Source: Leucoraja ocellata (Eukaryota). Taken from it: a DNA stretch of 64,000 nt. Location: the NCBI GenBank assembly GCA_036785375.1, contig JAWMAR010000045.1, forward strand, positions 6,138,001 through 6,202,000, in the 5' to 3' direction. The translations under genes were made by a program, and so were the position numbers. Shown piece after piece: positions 39,106 through 52,007 of the stretch (within the stretch, counting starts at the first letter, position 1; every line of letters begins with the position of its first letter). The notes beneath the pieces are model-generated. The model ran no database searches. It was not told the DNA's origin and was given only the letters and a program-made list of their open reading frames with translations.

Positions 39106-39789
39106 TTGAATAACCTTTAATAATCCTTTACAGGAAATTACAGAATTACAGTTTCGGGTCGAGACCCTTCTGAACGTATGTTGCTCTGGCCTTCATCCCA
39201 CCTTATTTCTGACCATTCATCCTATAGCTTTTAATGATGTCTTTATTCCTCCAGCTATAATCCCTGAATGTTATTGCTCGAATGATAGTTGTGCCTTTAA
39301 CTGGTAAGGGACCAAACTCTAAAATTCCTTTCCTAAACCTGTCAAGCTGTCTAATTTTCTTCTTTTAAAATATTCTGTAATATCTACACATGCAGCTGCC
39401 TTGGTTAGCACTGTGTGGCGGTTAGCAATTTTTGTTTACCCATGCTCCTGTGAGGTAGTTTGCTATGTTCACTATTATTGCCATTGCAATTTTATTTATA
39501 GTTGGTCCCTACTCTTCAGGCATCAATTAAGTGACACGTCTTTCAGTTTCTTTGATTCAGTGTCATCCCCGATTAAGTCCCCAGAAAATAGCCTTCTATT
39601 GTAATGACTACTCGTAGCTAGTTGGTGTTTTCACATCTCAAAGCTCTCGACTTTGCCTTCACTTATTATTGCTCCCATTGAGCATGTTTCTGCTTCTGTA
39701 TGACAAATCTGTCCACATCAGTTGTCCAAACAATGCAACGTATTCCAACTCCCCAATAATAAGGGAGAAGGGCCATGGAAGAGAACAAG

Positions 39790-39970
39790 AGTGTGTCGGA
39801 GTGAATATGTGTGCATGCGCTATGTGTGTGCCGTGTGTGTGCTTGTGCTGTTTCTGCATGCGCTGTGTGCGTACGCACTCTGAGTCAGCGCGCTCAGTGT
39901 GTGTACACATGCGGAGTCAGTTCGCCTCTGCCCACTCAGTGTGCATCTTTGCATGCTTATCTATGTGTAT
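39790..39970. repeat. Degenerate TG/GC-rich low-complexity tract
   Basis: Interrupted (TG)n / TGCG repeats. Confidence 0.7.
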
Positions 39971-40089
39971 TGATCTATGCTAAAAAGCATGACCTTCAAG
40001 GGCTCCAATCATCCTGGACACCAATAGCCGCCCGCCCTCATGTTAAAGTTATTTCATGCACCAATGTCTAGACCCTAGACTCAAACAAA

Positions 40090-40745
40090 GGTTGAGACCT
40101 GGAAAGTCAGGATCCTAGTAGAGAATGCCAGCAGCATCAGATCTGAAATTCCTTTGTCATCATCTCCCGTGAATGCTGACATTGATGCTGCTACACAAGT
40201 GAGTGGTAGGACATATCCAGCTAAAACGGCAGCTTCATCCTGAGGGTTCCGCTATCAGAATGAACTAGTCTGTTGCCTCAGCGATTTCCACTGGTTGCTT
40301 ATTAGAATGCGTCATGATCCTCCAGCTCATACTAAAGTGGAAGCAGCATGCTGCAGCAATTAGTGCATATGCTCCAAACCTGAAAGCAATGCACAAGGCC
40401 AAAGGGGAATTGCACTCTGACCTTGAATTCTGGCCTGAGCCCCTGCAGGAGACTAATGGTTTCACTGACAATTTCAGAAGTCAGAAAGGAAACTCTGGGA
40501 ATGTGCGATTGGCAAGGAAGGAGTATGTTCTGCCCCTGACAAAATACTTTGAAGACGGACTTGTTTCACTGGGATTTCACCAGAAAAAATACAAGGCCTC
40601 GTGCAATGTGCTTGATCCAGCATTGATAGGCACCTGCTATATTACTATGTTGTCTGAGTAACAGATTGTGGGTATGACCAGATCAGTCACATCACCACAA
40701 AGGCAAACAACTACTGGATTTTTGCTGATATCCACTTGGCTCTGA
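40090..40745 (+). mobile_element. Decayed RTE (BovB-like) LINE, APE endonuclease region
   Basis: Peptide MILQLILKWKQHAAAISAYAPNL..KGELHSDLE..LTKYFEDGLV..FHQKKYKAS resembles RTE endonuclease LMTLRL..HATIISAYAPTL..KE.FYSDL..LLTKC.E..LVITNT.F.QK.KYK.SW; upstream TWKVRIL resembles TWNVRTL. Confidence 0.7.
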
Positions 40746-40835
40746 AATGTTTTGGCAATGTTTTAAGATCCAAAGATCCCACTAAAAAATAACTACTAAG
40801 TCAGACAACTTGACTTCCAACCAGCTGATACTGAC

Positions 40836-41332
40836 ATTGTCGTGTACCGAGATACAGTGAAAATTGTTATTGCATGCTAGCCAGGCAAATCATACCATAC
40901 CTGCTAATGTCAGGTAGTGCAATGTTAGGTTTCCTTGCATAAAGCCACTCTGAGTACTTACCTAGTCAGTTTCATAGTGAGATGCAGCCACCTCTTCAAG
41001 GTACGTTCCACACAATATAAGCAACACGTCCAATTGCACCATACATGAACACATGCAACAATGAAAATTAAAAAATGCAGAATATATTGTTACAGTTACA
41101 GATAACAAAATGGAAGAACTACAATGAGACAGATTAGAAGTTTGTAATTCATCCTTAGCATATGAGAGGTCCGTTCAAGAGTCTGAAAACGGTGAGGAAA
41201 ATGCTGTTCTTGAAAGTGCTTTCAAGCATTTCTATTTTCTGCCCGACGGGAGAAAAAGGGATCACCTCGACGAGTAAAAGTATCCTTGATTTTGTTGGCT
41301 GCTCTCCTGAAGCAGCGTTAAGTGTAGATGGA
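40836..41332 (-). mobile_element. Rex1/Babar-type LINE 3' fragment
   Basis: Minus strand encodes SIYT.RCFRRAANKIKD..LPSGRK..KNSIFLTVFRLLN; its tail (ATTGTCGTGTACCGAGATACAGTGAAAA on +) matches the 9450-9480 tail. Confidence 0.75.
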
Positions 41333-41333
41333 T

Positions 41334-42342
41334 ATGTGGATAGAGAACTGGCTGGCAGACAGGAAGCAAAGAGTAGGAGTTAACAGGTCCTTTTCAGAAT
41401 GGCAGGCAGTGACTAGTGGGGTACCGCAAGGTTCAGTGCTGGGAACCCAGCTATTTACAATATATATTAATGATTTGGACGAGGGAATTGAATGCAACAT
41501 CTCCAAGTTTGCAGATGACACGAAGCTGGGGGGGGGCAGTGTTAGCTGTGAGGAGGATGCTAGGAGGCTGCAAGATGACTTGGTGGCAAAAACAGGAAAG
41601 TAGACCATTACCTGAATGGTGGCCGATTAGGAAAAGGGGAGATGCAACGAGACCTGGGTGTCATGGTACACCTGTCATTGAAAGTAGGCATGCAGGTGCA
41701 GCAGGCAGTGAAGAAAGCGAATGGTATGTTAGCATTCATAGCAAAAGGATTTGAGTATAGGAGCAGGGAGGTTCTACTGCAGTTGTACAGTGTCTTGGTG
41801 AGACCCCACCTGGAGCATTGTGTACAGTTTTGGTCTCCTAATCTGAGGAAGGACATTCTTGCCATAGAGGGGTACAGAGAAGGTTCACCAGACTGATTCC
41901 TGGGATGTCAGGACTTTCATATGAAGAAAGACTGGATAGACTTGGCTTGTACTTGCTAGAATTTAGAAGATTGAGGGGGGGATCTTATAGAAACTTACAA
42001 AATTCTTAAGGGGTTGGACAGGCTAGATGCAGGAAGATTGTTCTGGATGTTGGGGAAGTCCAGAACAAGGGATCACAGTTTAAGGATAAAGGGGAAATCT
42101 TTTAGGACTGAGATGAGAAAAACATGTTTTACACAGAGAGTGGTGAATCTCTGGAATTCTCTGCCACATAATGTAGTTGAGGCCAGTTCATTTGCTATAT
42201 TTAAGAGGGAGTTAGATGTGGCCCTTGTGTCTAAAGGGATCGGGGGGTATGGAGAGAAAGCAGGTACAGGATACTGAGTTGGATGATCAGCCATGATCAT
42301 ATTGAATGGCCTACTGCTGCACCTAATTTCTATGTTTCTATG
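41334..42342 (+). mobile_element. CR1 LINE, 5'-truncated (RT C-terminal half plus 3' UTR)
   Basis: [67 protein letters not shown]; tail TTTCTATGTTTCTATG; internal deletion near 41582 and frameshifts. Confidence 0.97.
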
Positions 42343-42355
42343 AGAATGGGGGCAG

Positions 42356-42666
42356 GTTTAGTTTAGTTTAGAAATACAGCGCGGAAACAAGCCCTTTAGC
42401 CCACCGGAGTCCGCACAGATCAGCGATCCCCACACATTAACACTACCCTACACACACCAGGAACAATTTTACATTTACACCAAGCCAATTAACCTACAAA
42501 CCTGTACGTCTTTGGAGTGTGGGAGAAAACCGAAGAACTTGGAGAAAACCCACGCAGGTCACGGGGAGAAATACAAACTGTACATACAAGCACCCAAAGT
42601 CAGGATCGAACCCAGGTCTCTGGTGCTGTAAGGCAGTTGCTCCACCGCTGAACCACCGTGTTGCCC
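42356..42666 (-). mobile_element. V-SINE (HE1-like), full length
   Basis: Same family as 34635-34936; (GTTTA)n tail and GGATCGAACCC B-box. Confidence 0.9.
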
Positions 42667-43904
42667 TGTGGTTTGTATGATGGACTGTATGTGTTCACAA
42701 CACTGCAAATTCTTGCGGCTGCGGGCACCACAGTTCCTATACTAAGCTCAGTGAGTCATGTGTGTGCAAATAACAGAATTAATGCCCAATCTCTGAAACT
42801 ACCCACGCACTCCCTAGTTCAGCAACACCTTACCCCTTTGTGGCAGGATGTGTGGGCACCATATTTTATTCATCAGCCACCACTGAAATGTAGGAATGGA
42901 TTGGAAGGAAGTCATCCTAGACCCTGAGCAACTGCTGAAGAAGAAGAAGAAAGTGGTAGCAGTGAATCAGCTGTCTTTTTTACAACTTACCTGATTTTTA
43001 ACTATCATCTTACACTATTGTGCTATATCGTATTATTTGGCAATTAACTGAAACACTGTGGCTTGTTGATTTTGTGAAGGTTTTGCTGAGTCACAATGTA
43101 TAAGTTCCGACAGCTCCTCTTTAAGCTGTTGAAAAATTGCATTATCTAAAAAGACAAGAATTGATGTGACTTGAAAATATGCCAACCAGGTACTTTAACA
43201 TACAAGAAAAAGCTGGCTTGCAAACACGAGACCTGACAACAATGCACCTATTGAAGGTTTTCAGTTTCTGCTTCTAATCTGTTACATCTGTACATTTCTA
43301 CACTTCCTATAAAGTTCTAGAGCTGTAAACAGGCCTTGTTATAATATATCTCACAGAATGATCTTTGGAGAATGACAGCCAATATACTTTTGAAAAATGG
43401 CCAGTATAGTTTTAGGTAAGTACATCTCGGATATACTTTGCTTTAAAGTTCTTTGGATTAACAGTAAGCTGAGGCTTTGCAGCCGGTTTGTTGTTGAGAG
43501 TAGCGCGTACTCTGCTATTTTAATGTCCAAACTATTTCCTTTCATATGACTAAATGTAAAACTCTACTTTGCTTGTCTTTGTAGGTTTGTAGTGTGCTTT
43601 GCTCTTTTCTGGAGGTTAGTGTTAGGACTGGCTTTTCTCAGAGTTTGACACCGGATGGCTGGATGCCAAAATTCTTTTGAACGCGATTGTGTAATTTTTA
43701 GGATGGTGTTAAGTAATTATTTTATTTGGGAACTGCATAACAAACCTATTTGACAGTCACGTTAACATTCACATTAATACCAAATTCACATTAATGTCAA
43801 GTTATTATGGTTTATAGAATGATGGGATTCTGCTAGGATGGGTTTTTTCTACCACAAATGTTTGAAACATTCAGAATGTGCCACAGTTTTGGTAGTGCCA
43901 ATAT

Positions 43905-44700
43905 GATAGAGTAATACAGAACAGGAACAGGGCCTGTTGTGCAACATGCCCAACCAAGATGCTTCATCGAAGCTGCTCCCATTTGACTCATATCCCTCCC
44001 AACCTTTCCTATCATGAACAAATATATATATATATATATTTTAATGCTGTTATAGTAAGTACCTGCTTCAACTACTTCTGCTGGCAGCTCTTTCCAGATA
44101 TTCACCACCCTCAATTTGAGAAAGGTGCTTGTTGGGTTCCAAGTAAATCTTTCTCCGCTCACCTTAAACCTATGCCTCTATTTTTGATTCCCCTATGCTG
44201 GGAAAAGACTGTGCATTTATCCTATCTATTCCCCCCAAAAGATCAACTCTCAGTCTCCTGCACTTCAAAGACTAGAGTCCTAGCCTGTCTATCCTTTCCC
44301 AATAGCTCAGGCCCTTGTGGCCTGGCAACGTCCTTATAGATCTTCTCTTTTCAGCGAAATGGCATCTGACCAAACTGAACACAATACTCCAACTACCTAT
44401 CTGAGATGTCCACTTTCCGGGAACAATGTACATGAACTCCAAGATTCCTCTGCTATACAATACAACACTCATCAGGGAGCTACCACTCACTGCAAAGGTC
44501 CTTTAGGTTCCCAAAATGCAACACTTTGCACTTACCTGAATTAAACTACATTAGCCATTCCTCAACCCACTTAGCCAGCTGATTAAGATGCTGCTGTAAC
44601 TCTAGATAATCATCTTCATTGACAACAATACCATCTGCATTAGTGTGATCTGCAAACTTACTTATCATACCTTCTCATTCACATCTAAATTATAGATGTA
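43905..44700 (-). mobile_element. Older CR1 LINE fragment
   Basis: Minus-strand peptides LRVVNIWKELPAEVVEAGT and GLSYWERIDRLGL, a KFAD-like segment near 44650 and a CR1 3' end near 43910-43990; short (TA)n at 44022-44038. Confidence 0.8.
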
Positions 44701-44749
44701 GTATCATTGTATAAGATTGCACTGCTTGTTATTCCTCACTATACCACCA

Positions 44750-45232
44750 GGGGCACCGTACGATTGGCAGCCTCACCAACAATCTCTGGTTTTTTGTATT
44801 TTTTTGTTATTTTTAGTGTGTTTTGAAAGTTTGTTTTAATGTTCTCTGGTTTGCTTTATGTGAGGGAGGGGGAGGGGTTCAGGGGAAACTTTTTTTTCAA
44901 TCTCTTACCCTGCCGGAGATGCGATTAATTTCTGGATTGTATCTCCAGTAGCTCTGCGGCCTAACATCTTGGAGCTGGATGCCTCACTCGGGACTGACTT
45001 TGAGCCCAATGTGTGGTCTTACCATCGGTGCCGATCCTTGCCTGGGACCGATTTAACTTTTTTTTTCGCCTTCCATCACAGTGGGGAATGTGGAGGAGTC
45101 ACTGTGGTGGATGTTTATGTTAAAATGTATTTTGTGTGTCCTGTTGCTTTTTATTTGTATGACTGACTTGGCAAATGAAATTCCTCCTACATTGCAAAAC
45201 ATACTTGGCTAATAAAGTATTATTGTATTGTG
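44750..45232 (+). mobile_element. Non-coding retroposon, CCATCACAGTG-hairpin family, copy 1
   Basis: Shares GGCCTAACATC.TGGAGC and GCCTTCCATCACAGTG..CACTGTGGTGGATGTTTATGT with 61129-61911, and the ..ATACTTGGCTAATAAAGTAT tail with 59070-59365. Confidence 0.75.
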
Positions 45233-47528
45233 TTAAAGCTATTTCCTTCTAATGAGAATTATATGACACATAGCAATACAAAGATTGTAAATTCCATTAA
45301 TGGTTTAGTTATTAACACACTTCCTTGTGAGTTTAAACCACCTGGACCATGAGTGTCTCGGGTGACTTCCCAGGGCAAAATGAAGGTGTAAATAATCTGT
45401 CAATCTCCAACCCCACTCCTAAAGCAAATTGATACCACTGGGCAGTCAACACCAATGGAACTGTATTGAAACTATAGTCTTTACATTAAAGCAAAGACAA
45501 TGAATTGGAAAGTGAGGAAGTTTTGTAATTTACTGCATTTGTCTGCTTTAAGCAAGTTTTTTTTTGAAGCACAGGAAATTCATTAAGTTGAGGAAGTGAC
45601 TGAGCGGGTGTCCATGCTGCTACTGACCTCTTTGATCTGGAACCCACAGTCTTGTTTCTAAGTGTCCATTTACTGGGCAAACACAATGCAAGCAGTGACC
45701 AAGGTCACTGGCCTTCTGCAATCAGCTGTCTGTTTTATTTAAGCACATTTCTGCAACGGGTGAATGCAATGAATATGGAACCATGTCCTGGCAAAAATAT
45801 AACCAAATGTGCGGGACATTTTGTTTTCAACTTTGGTTGACAATGTTAAACTCAGCAAAGTAAACTCAAATCAATTTTGAAATCCCTTTGTACATTTACA
45901 CTTAAATGCTTGAAGGTCAAATTATAATTTGTATTTTCCTGACCTGCCAATGGTGTGCTAAGGTGACCTTTCCTCAGACTTGGCACGAACATTAAACACA
46001 ATGTGAGTTTTAATATCATTGACAGTAGTTCGTGTTATTGGCAACGTTCTTCAAAGGCCACTGGTGTTTGCAAACTGTGTACGTTAAAATTAAGTGGCAC
46101 GAAAATGAATAAAATAAGTATGTAACTTATATTGCGCACTTATGTTCAAGGTATGTGACACCAAGAGGTGTTTCAGTGAGCCAGGATGCTAGGAGATGGT
46201 TTCCTTCTGTATTGAGTTGCCATGGTGATGCAAATGGAGTGAATAATGAGGTAATCGCTTATGGTGGGGAAGTGGAGAAATTCACAGCTTTTGAAGATGT
46301 CTTTTCTAAAAAGAGTGGATGGTGCTTACATGTCTCCACTCAACCTTCGTTTTTTTTTGTCCCTCCAGCTCTAATCTGATTATTCAGTTTATGACTTTAG
46401 GAAGAGTGGGAAATGTGCTCACACGGTAGGCATTCACCTTTTGGCCCTCTTTGATTAGCCACCCATGTCTTTCTATTACCATTTCCTTTATTGAGGAAGA
46501 ATTAACTTCAGGCTCTCAAGCTATTTTTCTGATACATTTTGGGGATTATTGTGAAATACTTTCACACCTTTTCTATTGGGGGCAGCGGCTGGAGGAATCG
46601 TTTCCATGTTAACTTCCAGGAAAGCATTGAATTGAATTAAATTCTGCCATCACTCTTTCACTTCCAGATTAACTTTTTTTCTCCTGTTGATTTTTTAAGA
46701 GGGCTTTGTGGAGAATAGACTTTAGCAGACATTTGTGATGCATGCTTTTGTGTGAGTTATATAGTCACGAAGATCACTTTTTCCACCAGCTTTGCCACGG
46801 CAGAAGAAAAAAGCCCCTCCCGTTGAAGGATGAAAGCTGGAGACTAATCTGCTTCCATCTGGAAAATCAGAGAGCCAGGGGTTGCAGTCATGAGGTCACG
46901 TCCCTTATGTAAACTGTCAGATTCTTTTTACATTAAAAATTTATCACGTAAATACCAACTGAGGACTTGTCAGAGACACTCCTCAGAATGTAAAGCCAGG
47001 CTCTTCTCGAAAAAATGAAGGACTCTGTATAAGGAAGAAAAATGACCGCCTTGCCTGTCTGCAAGTAGTTATTATTCTATTGGGAGTCAGCAGGAAGAGA
47101 GAATCTAAGTTGCTGCGGCCATTGTGGCAAAAGATGTTCAGAGCATGAACTCACATTGCACTTTCCCTATTATATTTCTCCACTGATTCCTGAACGGTTT
47201 GTTTTACTCTCTGAAGTGATTAGCTGGGAAGAAATCGTAGGTATTGAATCCATGGGAATGTTGTTTCTGTATGAAGCAGATAGTGTGCTCTGCAGTGTGA
47301 CTAAAATTGGAGTGTTTGCTCAGGAAGCTCTGGATGCCAGCTGGGCAATGGGATGGCAGGGATTCCAGCCCCAGTGTGGGACGATCAAAGATCCACGGTC
47401 GTAGTCTGTAGCGAATGTGTGCTTTGGGTGGAACAGTTTGTCACGGAGAGTGTGTGGCCTCAACTGAAATAATGCGTCTGCTTTTTTTGTTGTTTCTGAG
47501 GCGTCTCTAAATGCTAATGGTGGGAATG

Positions 47529-47596
47529 ACCTGAAACTTCTCTCCAGAGATGCTGCCTGTCCCGTTGAGTTACTCCAGATTTTTGTGTCTATCTTC
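47529..47596 (+). mobile_element. Penelope-type short insert, hammerhead mostly deleted (copy E)
   Basis: TTCTCTCCAGAGATGCTGCCTGTCCCGTTGAGTTACTCCAG..TGTGTCTATCTTC; flanking GGAATG repeat (47523-47528 / 47597-47602). Confidence 0.8.
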
Positions 47597-47977
47597 GGAA
47601 TGTATTAGGAGACGTGGTTATTGTCCCATGACTGTGATAGTCTATCAAGATTTGCAGCAATAGCAAGGAAGTTGGACAAATTCCCAGACAATATCATAAA
47701 CTTAATTGTATATCCATTGAATGGATAATAGAAGAAAGAGGAGGGAAAACAAAACCTATTCACTGGATTTAGTTTTTTGCATAAATTTCTCTGCTTGGTG
47801 ATGCTGTTGTATTTGTTCAGTGTGCAGTTTGCCCACGTTATATGGGTTAATGACGAGAATACTGAAACTTTCACTTTTGTCGCCAGCTCACTATCACTGT
47901 CTTTAGATCAATATTTTGTGTCTAGAACACTTGTCACATTTTAGCTATTTCACTCGTACAGACTGAATGGAGTTTAA

Positions 47978-48250
47978 TGGAGAGGTACAGCATAGGAACA
48001 GGCCTTTTGGCCCACAATGTCTGCTGCAACCGATGTCAATCTAAACCAATCCCATTTGTCTGCATGTGATCTATATCTCTCCATTTCCTACTTGTTTATG
48101 TGTACTTCACCCATAGTTATACAACATGGAAACAGGCCCTTCAGCATATCGTCCATGGTGCCTTCCAGAGCTGGTCCCATTTGCCTGGATTTGGTTCATC
48201 TTCCTCTAAACCTTTTCTCTCCGCGCACCATCCAAATGTATTTTTTAAAG
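47978..48250 (-). mobile_element. Two adjacent CR1-type 3' end fragments
   Basis: Two successive TACA.CA..G.AACAGGCC.TT..GC...CCCATTTG.CTG blocks (about 47985 and 48118). Confidence 0.6.
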
Positions 48251-48254
48251 TCCA

Positions 48255-48520
48255 ATGTGTCCCTTGCTCAGTGGCAAGCCAGGGATCAGTCTGTCATTTG
48301 GCCAGGTAGCACCAGTTGAGGGTAAATCCAACAGTAGGACATTAGCATCGAACAGAATGCTAACCCACCCATTCCAACCCGCCCATGGATGATGTGACGG
48401 CCAACTAAGACGATGCTGAAGACATTGATGGAAGACGCATGTGTAGAGGCAACAGAGGAGCTTGCCAGCTACATGGAGGACAGAGATGTGTGGTGCGTTT
48501 GTCACCGAGCCCGTTGGAAA
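48255..48520 (+). mobile_element. RTE-clade LINE C-terminal relic
   Basis: FQPAHG..TMLKTLMEDACVEATEELASYMEDRDVW resembles the RTE C-terminal motif W.P.HG...GRP..T....L..D.G.....L...M.DR..W. Confidence 0.5.
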
Positions 48521-50346
48521 CCAGCACCACTGCGTCGCTAATGTTTTCAATAATAATGAATAAATTAATTGAACAGAACCTCCATGTTCTCCAGAGCCAA
48601 GTGCCAGTCGGAGCAGGGAAGGGGCACGGGAACAGGACATCCGAGCCAGATATATTGTCCGCACCCTTTGGGGACGGAGACTGATCTGAAAGTCCAACTA
48701 TTAAAGTCCTTACTTGTTTTAGATCATTTTTAACTCTTTTGCCAGCACACCTGAAGCCCTTACATGTATTCTGCATTTGGCAGTGATTAAAGACATCAGA
48801 TCATGTGACACTGTCAGTTTCAGTGTCAAGTAGTAGAAATGGACTTGGTAGAAATGGAGCGAAATGTGAAACAAACATTTCCAGGTTGCTGTGCATCATT
48901 CTAGCAGTGCAACTACACACTTCCCATTTGCTCATATTTTAATGTTAAAGGTGCAGCTACTTGCATCATTCCCCATGCAAAGCTCTATTAGGGATCATGT
49001 GCCGGAGATTAGATCATGTTCTTCCAGGAGGAATCATCAGACCCCCCCGCCCATCTCAGTGCAACACCTGACTGGGACCACACAATGACACCTGAGATCC
49101 TTAGGCCCCAATGAACCCACTACCCTAAACCTACAATTGTCCCAAGCCCGCTTCTCTACCCCCAATTTCCCAACATCAACTACCTTCCACTGGTCCACTG
49201 GTCCTTTGTTTGATTGCCACTCCTGACCACATAACTCCTAACCCTGATCACTGATCCCGGTCCTGTCACCACTGACCCTTCTCATGCACCTGACCCCAGA
49301 CCTATGACCACTGACTCTCTCATCCATCTCAGCCTCCACCTTGGGCATCAGTTTACAGAAGAGTTACATGGTCTTGGGCACTATTAAAGTATTTTGTGGC
49401 GGGCTCGTGGCCAAAGCACTCATTGGCAGGTTACTATTATGGCCGTCTAGTGTACTTTTCAGGGAACAGCAGATTTTGTAGGTCCAATACTTTTCTGACC
49501 TTTGAAGTTGGATGCAGTACCATTTGACCCAACAATTGCCACAATTTATTGTGTAAAATATTCAGCGACATTAAAAGTTTGTTTATCAGTAAATATAAAA
49601 TGATTCAGAAAATACCTGGAATGTTCCAATTTTGTTGCTTCATTTAAGGAGCATTGCATTCATGAAGTATATCTAGCAAATGCTCCTTTGTCAGGACAGC
49701 ATGCTATAATTACGTAGAAATGCTGAAAAAACGTATGGCCTTCAGATTGGCATCAATCCCAGCAGCCTTGAGATTCACCACGTCTGTGGACCTTGTTGTT
49801 AAACAACTTCCTTTCATTAAGGACTTCAAGATGTGTGTTGAGTATCCCGATTTAGTGAATTGTGATAAGAGACTAGATTAGGTGCTCTCTGTGAGATTAC
49901 AAAATGAGTTCTGAATGGCCAGTGAAAGTTCTACTGTGCAAAGTTTGAATAGACATTACTGTTAGCATTAATTTGGTGGGCGTCAGGATGTGGCAAGGAA
50001 AATGCAAATGTTGAATTATTTTTCTTAAGTGAGCTATTGGACATTATAGGGTCAGCCCAACGAGAACCTGATCACTCTGCTATACTTCACACAGTCTGAT
50101 GAAATAGGATTTGGTTTATTAAAAAATCAAAGGTGTGTAGATTACCAATAGGAAAAAAACTCACCCAATTTGTAAATGGTAAGTTTGCTTATTAAAATCG
50201 AATTTCCAAGTGAGAATTGATCCCAGCTGAATTACTTCTCCAGTAATTCCTCTCTCTGGTGAGTAGCCTGAAATAGTTTTAGAGACTAGGAGGGTCGTCT
50301 CTAAAATTTCAAGTGTGCTGGGGGCAGACTTAGCCACAATCTTCTT

Positions 50347-50440
50347 GAAGATAGACACAAAATGCTGGAGTAACTCAGCTGGACAGGCAGCATCTCTGGA
50401 GAGAAGGTAAGGGTGACGTTTCTGATCGAGACCCTTTTTT
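50347..50440 (-). mobile_element. Penelope-type short insert (copy F)
   Basis: GAAGATAGACACAAAATGCTGGAGTAACTCAGC..GGGTGACGTTTC.G.TCGAGACCC is the reverse complement of the family body including GAAACGTC; possible TSD CACAAT (50335-50340 / 50449-50454). Confidence 0.85.
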
Positions 50441-51420
50441 CTTTCCTACACAATTTTATTGAGCAAGGTGCATATTGAGGCATTTGCAACTCTAATCTCC
50501 ATGTTATGTTGCTATCGGAAAGACTTTAACACACTGGTTGAGGGAGCACAGACAGGTACCATCAGAAGTAATCCCAAGGTGGATTTCATCTCTCTATCGA
50601 TCCACAGTGGGCAATTGTCCTGGTACGCTGACACTTTTGGTTTTTATTAACACTTTTGACATCATGATGAATGCCATCCTTTGTATTCCATGGCTGTCCC
50701 ACTGTGAAATGTGACAGTTGTCATTTATGCTTACAGGCAGATATATTTAAATCATCCTGTTTTCAGTTATTTCCATCTTGAAAGCCTCCTGCTATTCGTA
50801 CCAGAAGCCAATGGCATTACGACAAATTTCAGCAGCGTATTTAGGCAGCAAATATTTAACAGCATGAGTTCAACATTAATATTCAAACCACAGAGTGAAA
50901 TGCAAACAGTACCTACCTTGAACCTAGGTCATTTCTCAGGAAGAAATATTGCTCGGTGATTTGGAGAATGGCCATACGGTGGCTTTGAAAAAATGTAATC
51001 AGCATAACCTGAGGCTTAGACGGTTAAGATAGAATATGTGCTACAGATTTTATCATACACACTCCACTGTTTGCAATAATATGAATGATGCCCTTTGTAA
51101 AATGGATTTGTAACTGCTTCTAACAAATTCATGCACTACTATTCAGCCGCAAAACTGCACAAAATTTCAGGAACCCTAGTTACAAATAGCTGGAGGTGTG
51201 TATAGATGATTCGGTTAGTCGGTGGTAAAATATGGAAGGATTATAGTTTAGCATCTTCAATACCAATTATTGATATAAGATGTAAAATCAGTTGTCTTCA
51301 CATGATACTGACAGACTGTACAAGGACCGAAACTTGTGACAACAAACACTATGAATACTTTATCATAACATAACATAATTTGGGATGCAAACTTGAGCAA
51401 AAGCCTTGAGTAGAAATAAA

Positions 51421-51598
51421 GGGGCTGTCCCACTGCGGGGACCTAATTGGCAAGTTTAGAAGAGTTTGCCTTCGACTCATACTTGCAGCATGGTCGACAC
51501 GAGGTCCTAGGAGGTCTTTGTAACTCTCCTTCATGCTCAAGAGTAGTCCCCACGTAGTCGAGGCCTCAGTTAGGTTGCGGCGTTTTATTTAGCATGCT
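51421..51598. mobile_element. One end of a probable PIF/Harbinger-like MITE
   Basis: TAA(A)-GGGGCTGTCCCACTGCGG terminus and relatively CpG-rich body; no matching opposite TIR found. Confidence 0.45.
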
Positions 51599-51902
51599 GG
51601 GGGAGGTGAGGAGGAATAGTGGGGTGGATAGAGGGAGGTGAGTGGGGGATAGGAGGGGGGTAGGGAGGGGAAAGGAGTTGTGGAGCGAGGGAGGGAGTGA
51701 CTGAGGGTAGGGGAAAGGAGAGGGAGAGAGAGGTGAGGGGAGGAGGAGAGGGGAGAGTGAAGAGGAGGGGGAGAGAGTGCTCGGGATGCGGGGAAGTGAG
51801 CTGCGCCTGTGCAGTTGGGGGCTATGGGTGAGTGGTGGAATATTGCGTTGGGGGACCAAGCCTCCTGTGTGACAGGGACCCAATGTGTCCCACTTACTCT
51901 AG
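51599..51902 (+). mobile_element. Probable non-autonomous Helitron 3' portion with purine-rich tract
   Basis: G/A-rich tract 51599-51780; subterminal hairpin GGGAC-CCAATGT-GTCCC (51875-51891), then CTAG (51899-51902) followed by T. Confidence 0.55.
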
Positions 51903-52007
51903 TGCCTCATTAAAATGGTGCTGCAGAGCTACCTGTTTTGAGCTGGCATCTCACTGCAGCTCATTGTCTGTGGGCCAATACAATATTAGGTAGCAGGATA
52001 TATAGCA

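Noticed and set aside
44744-44757. CTCF-like CCACCAGGGGCAC
   Set aside because: One base short of the core spacing and lies at a TE junction.
49080-49340. C-rich region with loose CCACTGACC repeats
   Set aside because: Too degenerate to define a unit or family; treated as low complexity.
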